From the NCBI GenBank assembly GCA_035604215.1, contig DATNIW010000073.1:348-64347 (forward strand): 64,000 nucleotides of DNA, given 5' to 3'. A model generated the notes under the pieces. The model was not told the DNA's origin, did not search any database, and saw only the letters and a program-made list of their open reading frames with translations. Position 1 is the stretch's first letter; each line of letters begins with the position of its first letter. Positions 46,701-53,009 of the stretch are shown piece by piece. Origin of the DNA: Fibrobacteria bacterium (GTDB lineage Bacteria; Fibrobacterota; Fibrobacteria; UBA5070). The translations under genes were made by a program, and so were the position numbers.

Positions 46701-47014
46701 GCATCGGTCCCCACATCCTCTCCAACGGACCGTTGGGAGGGGATGTCATCCTCTTCGACAATCTGGGGACCCACGTCGTATCGCGCGGTCTGGACGATCT
46801 CCAGTCCAGAGCCCAGGCTGGGACGCTTCCCACCGATCCTTCGGGGCAGTGGGAAGCCTGGATCGCCTGGGACGGCCGTTCGGCTCAAGGCAGACCGGCC
46901 GCCTCCGGGGTGTATGCGGAGCGGGTCATCCTCCGGCGCCCTTCGGCCAGCGGGAAAACCTGGACGGGTTGGCTGAACAAGGTCTACCGACTCGGGTGGC
47001 TGCGGAAGAACTGA
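40736..47014 (+). CDS. Giant secreted GH9-family protein (copy 2), collinear paralog of copy 1 with a T9SS-type C-terminal domain
   Basis: The ATG is 8 nt after the copy-1 stop, with GGGGGA upstream; ~2,092 aa. Signal peptide 'LVWAGILAGQGFA'. 'VRVNQVGYR'. GH9 blocks 'GGWYDCGDYFKVGQTDAY', 'LQHPHNRIANPEG', 'TETCIDFAAQ'. Fn3-like 'LSVATTYYFWF' and 'LSPNTAYRYDV'. CBM3-like 'GLQLRLYFQTD'. Tail 'VILFDNLGTHVVS...WDGRSAQGRPAASGVYAERVIL...YRLGWLRKN'. Confidence 0.85.
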   Translation: MGMRSIHSLVWAGILAGQGFAATIDQTCATCGRRALDSANMTIDPVRVNQVGYRNDDPHKRAYVGSPKATTFGVVRSDGKVVFTGTLANQGTFPYKGRILVKGYYNSITPLYQFQNTNDTDSASAASNEAIWTADFGSLTDSGTYRVAVGPDTSHPFDIRMTVYNDVFENTLKYFGIERSGDNDSWMHGPSHLKDGSGRPGGAADAGSLAGGWYDCGDYFKVGQTDAYAFTNLMLAYTLWPRKAEDRYGSSYLDTLPFGNDGIPDLLREAKIGADYVVKLYRASVADGLVAKNDMYQEVGVWDNDHQYWDQPERQDVAPVAQGGPPRPVDAGAGAAVAAAYAGSLALFAKAWIPFDPVYADSCLQIAKTIYSKVVIPNWNKPGFAPTAFYITQGRWDDDLAWAATGLWYATGDTSYKFDLMENTKFSVNANYCAAGSNCYANNLEFVAPAGFMGGDKGNMGNGSGLFSPGGWPMDYQNTFIHTTWALWDLFYKTDTLAAKWGIPASDAQDFRKRLLVLVGKRYAGESTNGNAVYPGTDAHVLTPYDLVWSSITWGMNRYNLGGLLPLVAYHEMIKGDSAASASNYWNIILDNMNYNLGANPWDISFQMGAGSKNLQHPHNRIANPEGYNAGGIPYPYRSPKGALMGGAVPGQLLRDEWEKYDVTETCIDFAAQVVLPSQYLALDLPPDTVGPAFSNVVVVWVSDTSAIVSWQTDKLSMDSLFYSLSPGGPVVGTAVGALGKNKSATLTGLSVATTYYFWFKGTDIYNMVSSDNNRGRDYQFTTTSATAPQPSISDVKACNIQATQATIFWWTDVPSTSQVDYYPEATPSAKLSVVGDDEGMPGRFHKVTLKGLSPNTAYRYDVVSGGAKDDSGGLDYRFVTQTDFANYTIQIKATTKNNNGAGAHFYIEVANNENKPYVGLQLRLYFQTDATTAATIVAHTSDDAIFGVTGTMIQSGPGVVTIGAPVAVAGMTNYWYLPIVINDTLPVAGRARIELKMDDSNWNPKPWSIFATGWSLVPHTTPVAFPGVDMTLADLWAGPDEVEMRNGAPVITYVQDPYIAAYSNGVHIYGYTPDGDLPKIPRTVAFTFTGPLPSPATSVKQDTFNVHFSGRTWGTPDVTAMNVQRDSPAFVPTIPIGGRVDSVSFAQVVPDPQGTTSHEWAFWADRTTPLCACAWQRYTVTVDTMKVPPRALHIAWSPAGPVDVWTTQRKPISVFLLDSAGDTLDTVSTVALSAGVPGLKFWTSSTGATSTTTVSLLHGTAQIWVSDSLADTTKAYASASIPASIVTSGAVAVRFSAPPPWPSVDSAWTVDANCDGMPDSVEIRLSSALDTGTTASALFLNIGGMTDSVSIAAVKTSTDGRTLAVLAPSGLGGAASGSGILTLHVTTGGRNLSIADSFAVFDRVSPLLLSASVLERFAPGNDTVRLEFSEPVQVPAGWPFAVVGGTTPSSVLSVRKVSATILEFAVSGSAFPAGSAVSIATPSAVVDLAGNPSATCSAQVPVVVTSRPDPMVSAVVRDPAGIGEATDVSVRFARAVRDQDLPDSLVLLWGGTAQTISAAQLQRSPSDSSVLQATLAVPSLSGSGSLPGGAGQIVYRKGTGASGTSDTVAAADSVGPALRTATLRAGTTVDTLVLRMSEFDREGPAPLQDLQVLSGLSLPAASVRIAGVDSAHWTLLIPSGLLVAGDSLRLSGAAAGAWSDRTGNSAAPAAPWVPLHAGDRAPVEAWATDQNGDGQVDLVVLVWSNPPSSRHPFLLSWPDSTGVERVHPVDSATGTWSGDTLRIPVLWPFGATSGPGAGQQMDVYDDGSVDTLPFAVVDSAAPVVVFARLGYAAPGATLDTLEVQFSEPVRSGGGTILRVLGTDGNIHDVVGFQTIPSIDGRTAWITLDATNPAYTVFQRGDAVQADPGTSGVRDALGNIALETGHFQPVVFGQRPPRFSLDFLPGQWVDATGGTTPTSPSTIQILVRAAGSTVWTALDGSAVDPQVVRIGPHILSNGPLGGDVILFDNLGTHVVSRGLDDLQSRAQAGTLPTDPSGQWEAWIAWDGRSAQGRPAASGVYAERVILRRPSASGKTWTGWLNKVYRLGWLRKN

Positions 47015-47058
47015 GCCACCAAGCCGCTCCCTTGGCAGCTGCCGAGTGTGGCTAGGTT

Positions 47059-47658
47059 TTGGAGAGCTTGTTCACCACGGGAGAAGCCTCGCGCCTGTTG
47101 GGCGTCACCGCGCAGACGGTGATCAACTGGATGGAGTCCGGCCGGCTCCCTTTCGTGCGCTTCGAGCGGGGTCGCCGCAAGGTCCGACCAACCGACCTGC
47201 GGGCCCTGATCGAGGCCACTGGAATTCCGGCGCACAGCATGGACCCGGACCTTTGGGCGAGGTTGGTGGGAGCGACTCGACAGCCGGAAGCCGATGTCCA
47301 CCCCTTGATGGTCCTGGACCCGCTCGGAAAAGTGGTCTTCTGGAGTCCTGCCGCCGTGGAAAAGTTCGGTTGGACCTCCGACGAGGTGGAGAATCGCGCG
47401 GTGTCGCTGTTGCCGGCAAGGGTTCCCGGACTTCCCGTGGACTTGAACGATCTGGCCGTTCCGGGAAGCGGCGAGACCTTTCGAACCTTGCTGCTGGAAA
47501 TCGGGACGAAATCGGGAAAATGGCTTCCTGCCGAGGTGGTCGTGTCCTGGATCCACGAAGCGCAAGGCCAGCCTTGCGGAGCTGTTTTCGTGCTCCAGGC
47601 GCCATCTGTCGCTTTGATCCCGGAACGCCGCCGCCGCGGAAGAACGCGGCCCCGGTAG
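47059..47658 (+). CDS. Helix-turn-helix (MerR/excisionase-type) DNA-binding protein fused to a PAS-like sensor domain
   Basis: TTG start; 199 aa. 'TTGEASRLLGVTAQTVINWMESGRLPFVRFERGRRKVRPTDLRALI' is an excisionase-family HTH. 'PLMVLDPLGKVVFWSPAAVEKFGWTSDEV' is PAS-like. The tail is basic. Confidence 0.65.
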   Translation: MESLFTTGEASRLLGVTAQTVINWMESGRLPFVRFERGRRKVRPTDLRALIEATGIPAHSMDPDLWARLVGATRQPEADVHPLMVLDPLGKVVFWSPAAVEKFGWTSDEVENRAVSLLPARVPGLPVDLNDLAVPGSGETFRTLLLEIGTKSGKWLPAEVVVSWIHEAQGQPCGAVFVLQAPSVALIPERRRRGRTRPR

Positions 47659-47686
47659 GGACGCAAAATTTTGCGTCCCTACCGGG
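47651..47686. terminator. 36-nt perfect palindrome; bidirectional terminator sharing its 24-nt core with the element at 23405-23450
   Basis: 47651-47668 is the exact reverse complement of 47669-47686. The stop of the + gene (TAG 47656-47658) and the stop of the - gene (47679-47681) both lie inside the stem. Confidence 0.75.
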
Positions 47687-48008
47687 AGGTGTCCACGAAA
47701 CGCACGGAAACCTCTCCCGGGAGCACGAGTCCCTGGCTGCGGGCCTGGGAGGCGATGGTGGCGGAATCCGTCCGCAACAGGTGGAGGCTGTCCGCCAATC
47801 CGTGCAGCCTCGTGCGGAGGGAATCGTTTCGCCTGCGGAGGTCTTCGAGTTCGATGGCCGTGCGTCGTTGCCGGACCACGCCGTAGGGGCCGAAGGTCCA
47901 AGCGTAGAGGGTGAAGAGAAGGAAGAGAATCCCCACCCAGCGACCGATGGGAAGCCTGCGCCGCGGAACCGACTCCGAACGCGAGGGAAAAGGATCCGGA
48001 CCGCTCAA
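47679..48008 (-). CDS. ftsB: Septum formation initiator (FtsB/DivIC family)
   Basis: 109 aa with a single TM 'WVGILFLLFTLYAWTF' and a coiled coil. The C-terminal 'IASQARSQGLVLPGEVSVRF' matches the DivIC-family ending. Confidence 0.7.
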   Translation of the reverse strand: MSGPDPFPSRSESVPRRRLPIGRWVGILFLLFTLYAWTFGPYGVVRQRRTAIELEDLRRRNDSLRTRLHGLADSLHLLRTDSATIASQARSQGLVLPGEVSVRFVDTSR

Positions 48009-49138
48009 GGCCGCACCGTGAACCTTCCACCGGGGCCGCGGCGCACCACCCCGGACAGTTCCAGAAGAACGAGTTCGCCTTGGAGTTTCGAAATCGGGAT
48101 GGCTAGACGCAAGGCGATCTCCTCCGCGGTGGCATCCCCGCGGCGCAGCAATTTAACCACGGGCGATGGACTTTGGTCTGCATCCTGCGACGTCTCGGAG
48201 AGCCAGCCCATGGACTCCAGGAGATCTTCCGGTCCTGCGCACAGCCTCGCCCCCTGCCTCAAGAGATGGAAACACCCTTCCCAACTGGTCCCGCCTGCAG
48301 GGCCTGGACAGGCGAGAAGCTCCCGATCCTGCTCCAGGGCGTGGGCCGCCGTGATCAAGGCCCCGCTGCCGCGAGGGGCTTCCACCACGACCACCGCTTG
48401 GGAAAGCCCGGCGATGATCCGGTTGCGCCGAGCGAAATTGGGGGGCACCACCGGTGCTCCGAATGGGTGCTCCGTGACCAGCAGGCCTTGGCGACTGATC
48501 TCCTGGGCCAGTCGACCCCGACCCGTGGTTCCCATCTCGTCCAATGGGCAGCCGAGCACGGCGACGGTCTCTCCCCGGGCGGCCAGGGCGGAGCGGTGGG
48601 ATTGCTCGTCGATGCCCATCGCCAGACCGGACACGATCCGCACGCCCCGGGCGACCCAGGCCGTGCAAAGCCGATGGCATGTGTCCAGGCCGATTTCGGT
48701 GGGGTGGCGCGTACCCACGACGGCCACCGGCCTGGGATGGGTCAGTTCCAGCACCCCGTGCACGAACAGCACGGGGGGAGGACTGGGGATCCACCGCAAC
48801 GGCTCCGGGTATTCGGAATGGTCCATGGGAAGGACGCTGGCCCCGAGAGCCTCGGCCTGTTCCGCTTGATCCAGGGCCCAGTTCCGATCGGGACCTTGCA
48901 GCAAACCCTGGATGGCTTCGTTCCCCAGCGATGGGACTTCCTCCAACTCCGAGCGGGTCGCGCAAAACGCCCCTGCAGGCGAGCCGAACCTTTCCACCAA
49001 CGCCAAGGCCCGAACGGATCCCACCTGTTCGACATGGGAAAGAGCCAACCAATCCAAGACGCTGGATCCGGAATCCGTAGCGGAAGCAGGAAGAATCGGG
49101 GAATTCATCTTCACAAGATACTGCTCAAATGTTCCCAA
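48005..49138 (-). CDS. dprA: DNA-processing protein DprA (Smf)
   Basis: It has 'AVVGTRHPT', 'VSGLAMGIDEQSHRSAL', 'TVAVLGCPLD', 'FARRNRIIAGLSQAVVVVEAPRGSGALITA' and a C-terminal winged-helix-like tail. Its stop overlaps the ftsB start. Confidence 0.88.
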   Translation of the reverse strand: MGTFEQYLVKMNSPILPASATDSGSSVLDWLALSHVEQVGSVRALALVERFGSPAGAFCATRSELEEVPSLGNEAIQGLLQGPDRNWALDQAEQAEALGASVLPMDHSEYPEPLRWIPSPPPVLFVHGVLELTHPRPVAVVGTRHPTEIGLDTCHRLCTAWVARGVRIVSGLAMGIDEQSHRSALAARGETVAVLGCPLDEMGTTGRGRLAQEISRQGLLVTEHPFGAPVVPPNFARRNRIIAGLSQAVVVVEAPRGSGALITAAHALEQDRELLACPGPAGGTSWEGCFHLLRQGARLCAGPEDLLESMGWLSETSQDADQSPSPVVKLLRRGDATAEEIALRLAIPISKLQGELVLLELSGVVRRGPGGRFTVRP

Positions 49139-49207
49139 GTCAAGGGGGGGCGTCGGGTGGGAAATGACAGCATTTTACAACGTGAAATAGGCCGAAACGG
49201 GTAGAAT

Positions 49208-51058
49208 GTGCCTATGCCCATATCGAGTCGACTGGTCTATCCGCGCACCCACCGCTTCCACATTCCCGTGATGGGGACCGGACACAGCATCGATACGCCT
49301 CTGCGCGTGGCGCGCTGGGGCATTTCCTCCGTGATCTCCCTCGTGGACGACATCCTGATCGAGCAGGTCCACCGGCTCCACTCCGAGCGCAGGGGCATCC
49401 CCTTCAAATCGGTGGATCCCCGCGATCCGAAGGCACGGGCCGAGCGGATCCGCCGCTACATGGACTTCATGGACGAGCAGGTCCGGATGCAGATGGCGGA
49501 GTTGCGGGCCCAGCCGTTCGCCGAGGGCTCCGAAAAGACCAGATGGTTCCAAATGCTACCGGAGACCTCGCCGTTGAAGCTCGAGTGGCGTCGTCTCCTG
49601 GCCATGCCTGCGGGAACGGAGGATCGCGTCCGCGCGGAAATCGAACTCTCGGGACGGATGGAGCCGGGGTCCATCGACGCCAACATCATGACCAAGCTGG
49701 ACCGCCGGGCCGTCCGACCGGACGGAACCTCGGTGGAACCGCGGCTTTCGGACGCCAAGCTCGCCCTCGAGGGGTTCGCCCTCTCCGGGAACCTCGGAAA
49801 CCTGGTGTTCTCGGCGGGGATCAATCCCACCCTCTACGGCACCATGGAGGAATTCCCGGGCTTCTACCGGGAAGGCGGGGAGGAGGCCCGCCTGGGCGTG
49901 GTGATCAAGGTCTCCGACTTCCGCTCCGCCTTGACCCAGGGCCGGTTCCTCGGCAAGAAGGGCCTGGAAGTCCGGGAGTTCCGGATCGAGTCCGGGCTCA
50001 ACTGCGGCGGCCACGCCTTCGCCTCCGACGGCGAGCTCCTGGGACCCATCGTGGACGAATTCCGTCACCAGCGCCATCGCCTCCAGGAGGAATTTTCCGC
50101 CCTGGTGGCCGCCTACTACCGCAAGAGGGGCTGGGAGGTGCCGGATTCCGTCACATCCCACGTCCCCGCCATCACGGTCCAGGGAGGACTGGGCAACGCC
50201 GCCGAGCACAACCGGATGCTGGACGATTTCGGGATGGAAGCCACCGGGTGGGGGTCTCCCTTCCTGCTGGTGCCGGAGGCCACTCCCGTGGACAGGCACA
50301 CCCGGGAACTCCTGGCACGGAGCCGGGCCGAGGACATCTACCTGTCGGACAGCTCGCCGCTGGGTGTGCCGTTCAACAACCTGCGGGGGTCGTCTTCCGA
50401 AACGGAGCTCTGGCGCCGCTTCTCGGAGGGGAATCCAGGATCGGCCTGCCCCAAGGGGTTCCTGGTGTCCAACACGGAATTCACCCCCACGCCCATCTGC
50501 ACCGCCTCCAAGGAGTACCAGGGGCGCAAGATCGAGCAGATCGGCGGCATGGCGGCGTCCGAGGTCCGGAAGGTGGCCGTGAAGGAATGCATCTGCCACC
50601 AGCTCGGAAACGGGGCGATCGAATTCCTGCGCCAGGAGAACGCCGCCCTGTCCGGCGTCGGGAGGTCGGAATCGCGGCAGCCCGTGAGCGTCTGCCCGGG
50701 CCCGAACATCGCCTGGTTCGACCGCTTCTACGCGCTCTCGGAGATGGTGGACAACATCTACGGACGGATTCCGTCGCTTGTGCCCGAGCACCGTCCGCAC
50801 GCCTTCGCCGCCGAGCTGACCCTCTACCTGGAACACCTGGACAGGTTGCGCGGATCTTCGCATCCGGAAAACGCGCGGGACCAGGAGAAGCTGCAGACCT
50901 TCCGGGTCAACCTGGCCGCGAGCCTGGCATGGTACCGCCAGTGGCTTTCCACCCGTTCGGCCCTCGCGGGGGAGAACCTCTTTTCGCTGCGGGAGGAGGT
51001 GGAGCGCGCCGAGGAGCTGCTGCTCGAGGTCGACATCGAGGGTGCGGTCCTGCGGTGA
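49208..51058 (+). CDS. Conserved-looking hypothetical protein (616 aa); faint resemblance to NMO/FabK-type TIM-barrel flavoenzymes
   Basis: The composition is that of a clean coding frame. 'IPVMGTGHSIDTPLRVARWGISSVISLVDD' and 'ESGLNCGGHAF' weakly recall the 'PI.QGGM...' and 'EAGGH' motifs. I cannot make a firm family assignment. Start is GTG 49208 or ATG 49214. Confidence 0.4.
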   Translation: MPMPISSRLVYPRTHRFHIPVMGTGHSIDTPLRVARWGISSVISLVDDILIEQVHRLHSERRGIPFKSVDPRDPKARAERIRRYMDFMDEQVRMQMAELRAQPFAEGSEKTRWFQMLPETSPLKLEWRRLLAMPAGTEDRVRAEIELSGRMEPGSIDANIMTKLDRRAVRPDGTSVEPRLSDAKLALEGFALSGNLGNLVFSAGINPTLYGTMEEFPGFYREGGEEARLGVVIKVSDFRSALTQGRFLGKKGLEVREFRIESGLNCGGHAFASDGELLGPIVDEFRHQRHRLQEEFSALVAAYYRKRGWEVPDSVTSHVPAITVQGGLGNAAEHNRMLDDFGMEATGWGSPFLLVPEATPVDRHTRELLARSRAEDIYLSDSSPLGVPFNNLRGSSSETELWRRFSEGNPGSACPKGFLVSNTEFTPTPICTASKEYQGRKIEQIGGMAASEVRKVAVKECICHQLGNGAIEFLRQENAALSGVGRSESRQPVSVCPGPNIAWFDRFYALSEMVDNIYGRIPSLVPEHRPHAFAAELTLYLEHLDRLRGSSHPENARDQEKLQTFRVNLAASLAWYRQWLSTRSALAGENLFSLREEVERAEELLLEVDIEGAVLR

Positions 51059-51441
51059 AGTCCCTCCGGGGGACGCCGGAAGAGCCCGTCCGCCAGGCCC
51101 TCGTCCGCCATCTCGTGGAGGATCTGGGCGTTCCGCGCCAGTGCATGCGCCTGGAGATGTCGCTCTCCCCCTGGGACCGCAAGGTCCGCGACCGGGTCGA
51201 CATCGCCGTCTTCTCGGCGGCCGGAGGAACCGCCGAGCCCGTCCTCCTCGCGGAGTGCAAGGCTCCTGGGATTCCGCTGGACGCTGAGGTGGCGACCCAG
51301 GTCAGGCGCTACCTCCGGCTCCTGCCGGCCCGATGGGCGGTCGTCTCCAATGGAAGGCAGATCCTGTCCTGGGTCGCCCAACCCGGAGGGTGGATCGCGC
51401 GTGCGCTCCCCCGATGGGAGGAGATGAGGAATCCGGACTAG
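51055..51441 (+). CDS. Small HsdR_N-like (type I restriction enzyme R N-terminal domain family) PD-(D/E)XK protein
   Basis: GTGA overlap with the upstream gene; 128 aa. 'EEPVRQALVRHLVEDLGVP...RVDIAVFS...PVLLAECKAPG' carries a D...E-x-K nuclease motif typical of this stand-alone domain family. Confidence 0.55.
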   Translation: MKSLRGTPEEPVRQALVRHLVEDLGVPRQCMRLEMSLSPWDRKVRDRVDIAVFSAAGGTAEPVLLAECKAPGIPLDAEVATQVRRYLRLLPARWAVVSNGRQILSWVAQPGGWIARALPRWEEMRNPD

Positions 51442-52898
51442 CTTCCGGCCTTGCGCAGGGCGTGCGCGTAGGCCTCTTCGTAGCGGGGTACGGACGCGTC
51501 CCAGGAGAAGTCCCTGGACATCACCCGCCGCCGCATGGTCTCGAAGTGCGCACGGCGGTCGAAGAAGGTGCTCACCGCCCAGCCCAGCGTGTAGTAGAGG
51601 GCGTCCACGCGATAGTCGTCGAACACGAAGCCGTCGCCGCCGCCATCGGATTCCACGTAGTTCCAGACCGTGTCGGCGAGACCTCCGGTGCGCCTCACCA
51701 CGGGAAGCGTCCCGTAGCGCATGGCGTACATCTGGGACAGTCCGCAGGGCTCGAACAGGCTCGGCATCAGGTAGAGGTCGGATCCGGCGTACGCCAGATG
51801 GGCGAGGTCCTCGCGGTAACCCACCCAGTTGCCCACGAGCCCGGGAAAGCGACGCTGCAGATCTCCCACCCACCATTCGTAGTGGGGGTCGCCGGAACCC
51901 ACCAGCACGAACTGCAGTTGCATCTGGCGCATGGCCCGTTCCATGGCAGGTTCGATCAGGTCGAAGCCCTTTCCCGGAGCCAGGCGAGAGACGATGGAGA
52001 CGACGCAGCGCGTGTCGTCCTCCCGCATCCCCAGTCGACGCTGGAGCTCGCGTCGGCATTCCCACCGGCTCGACATGTCGGCGGCCGAGAATCGGTAGGG
52101 GAGATGGCGGTCCGTGGAAGGATCGTAGGCGTCGGTGTCGATTCCGTTGAGGATCCCGAACAGGTCTCCCGAACGACGCCCGAGGAATTCGTGCAGACCC
52201 TGTCCGCCCACGGGACCCTGGATCTCGCGGGCGTACGTGGGACTCACCGTGGTGATGGCGTCGGCGAAATGGATCCCCGCCTTGAGAAGGTTGACCCCGC
52301 CGTGGTCCTCGAACACGTCGGGAGTGTAGTGCTCCGGACCCATGCCCATCCAGGACAGGACTCCGCGCTCGCCCTGTCCCTGGTAGGCGAGGTTGTGGAG
52401 GGTGAGCACGCAGGCGGTCCGCTCCAACGGCGAGCCCCAGGCGTCCCAGGTCTTCCGGAACGCCATGGCGGGCGCCCCCTGCCAGTCGTGGGCGTGGAGG
52501 ATGTCGGGAATCCAGCCCGTGTCCTTGCATGCCTGGAGAGCGGCCTTGCAGTGGAAGGCGAAGCGGCCGTTGTTGTCGTGGTAGGACCGGCCACCCTCGT
52601 CGTAGATCCCGGATCGACCGAACATCGCGGCGTGGTCGATGAACCAGGCTCCCGCCTCGGATCCGTGGTCGCACTCGTGGAGGCCGCACCACACCTCGGT
52701 GCCGCCCATGTGAACGCAAAGGGTCTGGCGGAAAACGATGCCGAACCTGGCGCGGTCGATTCGGGCGTAGAGCGGGATGCACACCTTCACCTCGTGGCCC
52801 GCTCGCGCGAGCGCCTTGGGGAGGGAGCCCACGACCCCGGCAAGACCTCCAGTCGAGACGTAAGGATGGGATTCGGAGGCGACGAACAGGATCTTCAT
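51438..52898 (-). CDS. glgA: Glycogen synthase (ADP-glucose type)
   Basis: It has 'MKILFVASESHPYVSTGGLAGVVGSLPKALARAGHEV', 'HAHDWQ', 'TVSPTYAREI' and 'PSLFEPCGLSQMYAMRYGTLPVVRRTGGLADTV'. 486 aa. Confidence 0.92.
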   Translation of the reverse strand: MKILFVASESHPYVSTGGLAGVVGSLPKALARAGHEVKVCIPLYARIDRARFGIVFRQTLCVHMGGTEVWCGLHECDHGSEAGAWFIDHAAMFGRSGIYDEGGRSYHDNNGRFAFHCKAALQACKDTGWIPDILHAHDWQGAPAMAFRKTWDAWGSPLERTACVLTLHNLAYQGQGERGVLSWMGMGPEHYTPDVFEDHGGVNLLKAGIHFADAITTVSPTYAREIQGPVGGQGLHEFLGRRSGDLFGILNGIDTDAYDPSTDRHLPYRFSAADMSSRWECRRELQRRLGMREDDTRCVVSIVSRLAPGKGFDLIEPAMERAMRQMQLQFVLVGSGDPHYEWWVGDLQRRFPGLVGNWVGYREDLAHLAYAGSDLYLMPSLFEPCGLSQMYAMRYGTLPVVRRTGGLADTVWNYVESDGGGDGFVFDDYRVDALYYTLGWAVSTFFDRRAHFETMRRRVMSRDFSWDASVPRYEEAYAHALRKAGS

Positions 52899-52904
52899 GG
52901 ATGT

Positions 52905-52993
52905 CGGACTGGAAACCTAATCTCCCGCCCCCGCCTTCCCCGTCCGGCCCTCGGGTCGCGTCGGGGGCGGGGACTGGCGAAGCGGACTGGAAA
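52905..52993. promoter_or_regulatory. 11-nt direct repeat pair in the divergent glgA / pilin-operon control region
   Basis: CGGACTGGAAA occurs at 52905-52915 and again at 52983-52993. The second copy is followed by the tandem 8-mer ATGGGAAC x2 (52994-53009). Function unknown. Confidence 0.3.
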
Positions 52994-53009
52994 ATGGGAA
53001 CATGGGAAC

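Noticed and set aside
47059-47658. The excisionase-type HTH as a marker of a prophage or integrative element.
   Set aside because: No integrase, transposase, att-like direct repeats or phage structural genes are nearby. The HTH is fused to a PAS-like domain, which fits a regulator.
49174-49214. A possible leaderless-mRNA promoter (TAGAAT at 49202-49207, seven nt before ATG 49214) for the 616-aa gene.
   Set aside because: No acceptable -35 element lies at a 16-19-nt spacing; TTTACA is 22 nt away. The call rests on a single hexamer, which is too weak to report as a feature.
51055-51441. The HsdR_N-like protein as part of a type I restriction-modification system.
   Set aside because: No HsdM methyltransferase, HsdS specificity subunit or HsdR helicase/ATPase domains are present in the window. 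The domain is stand-alone.
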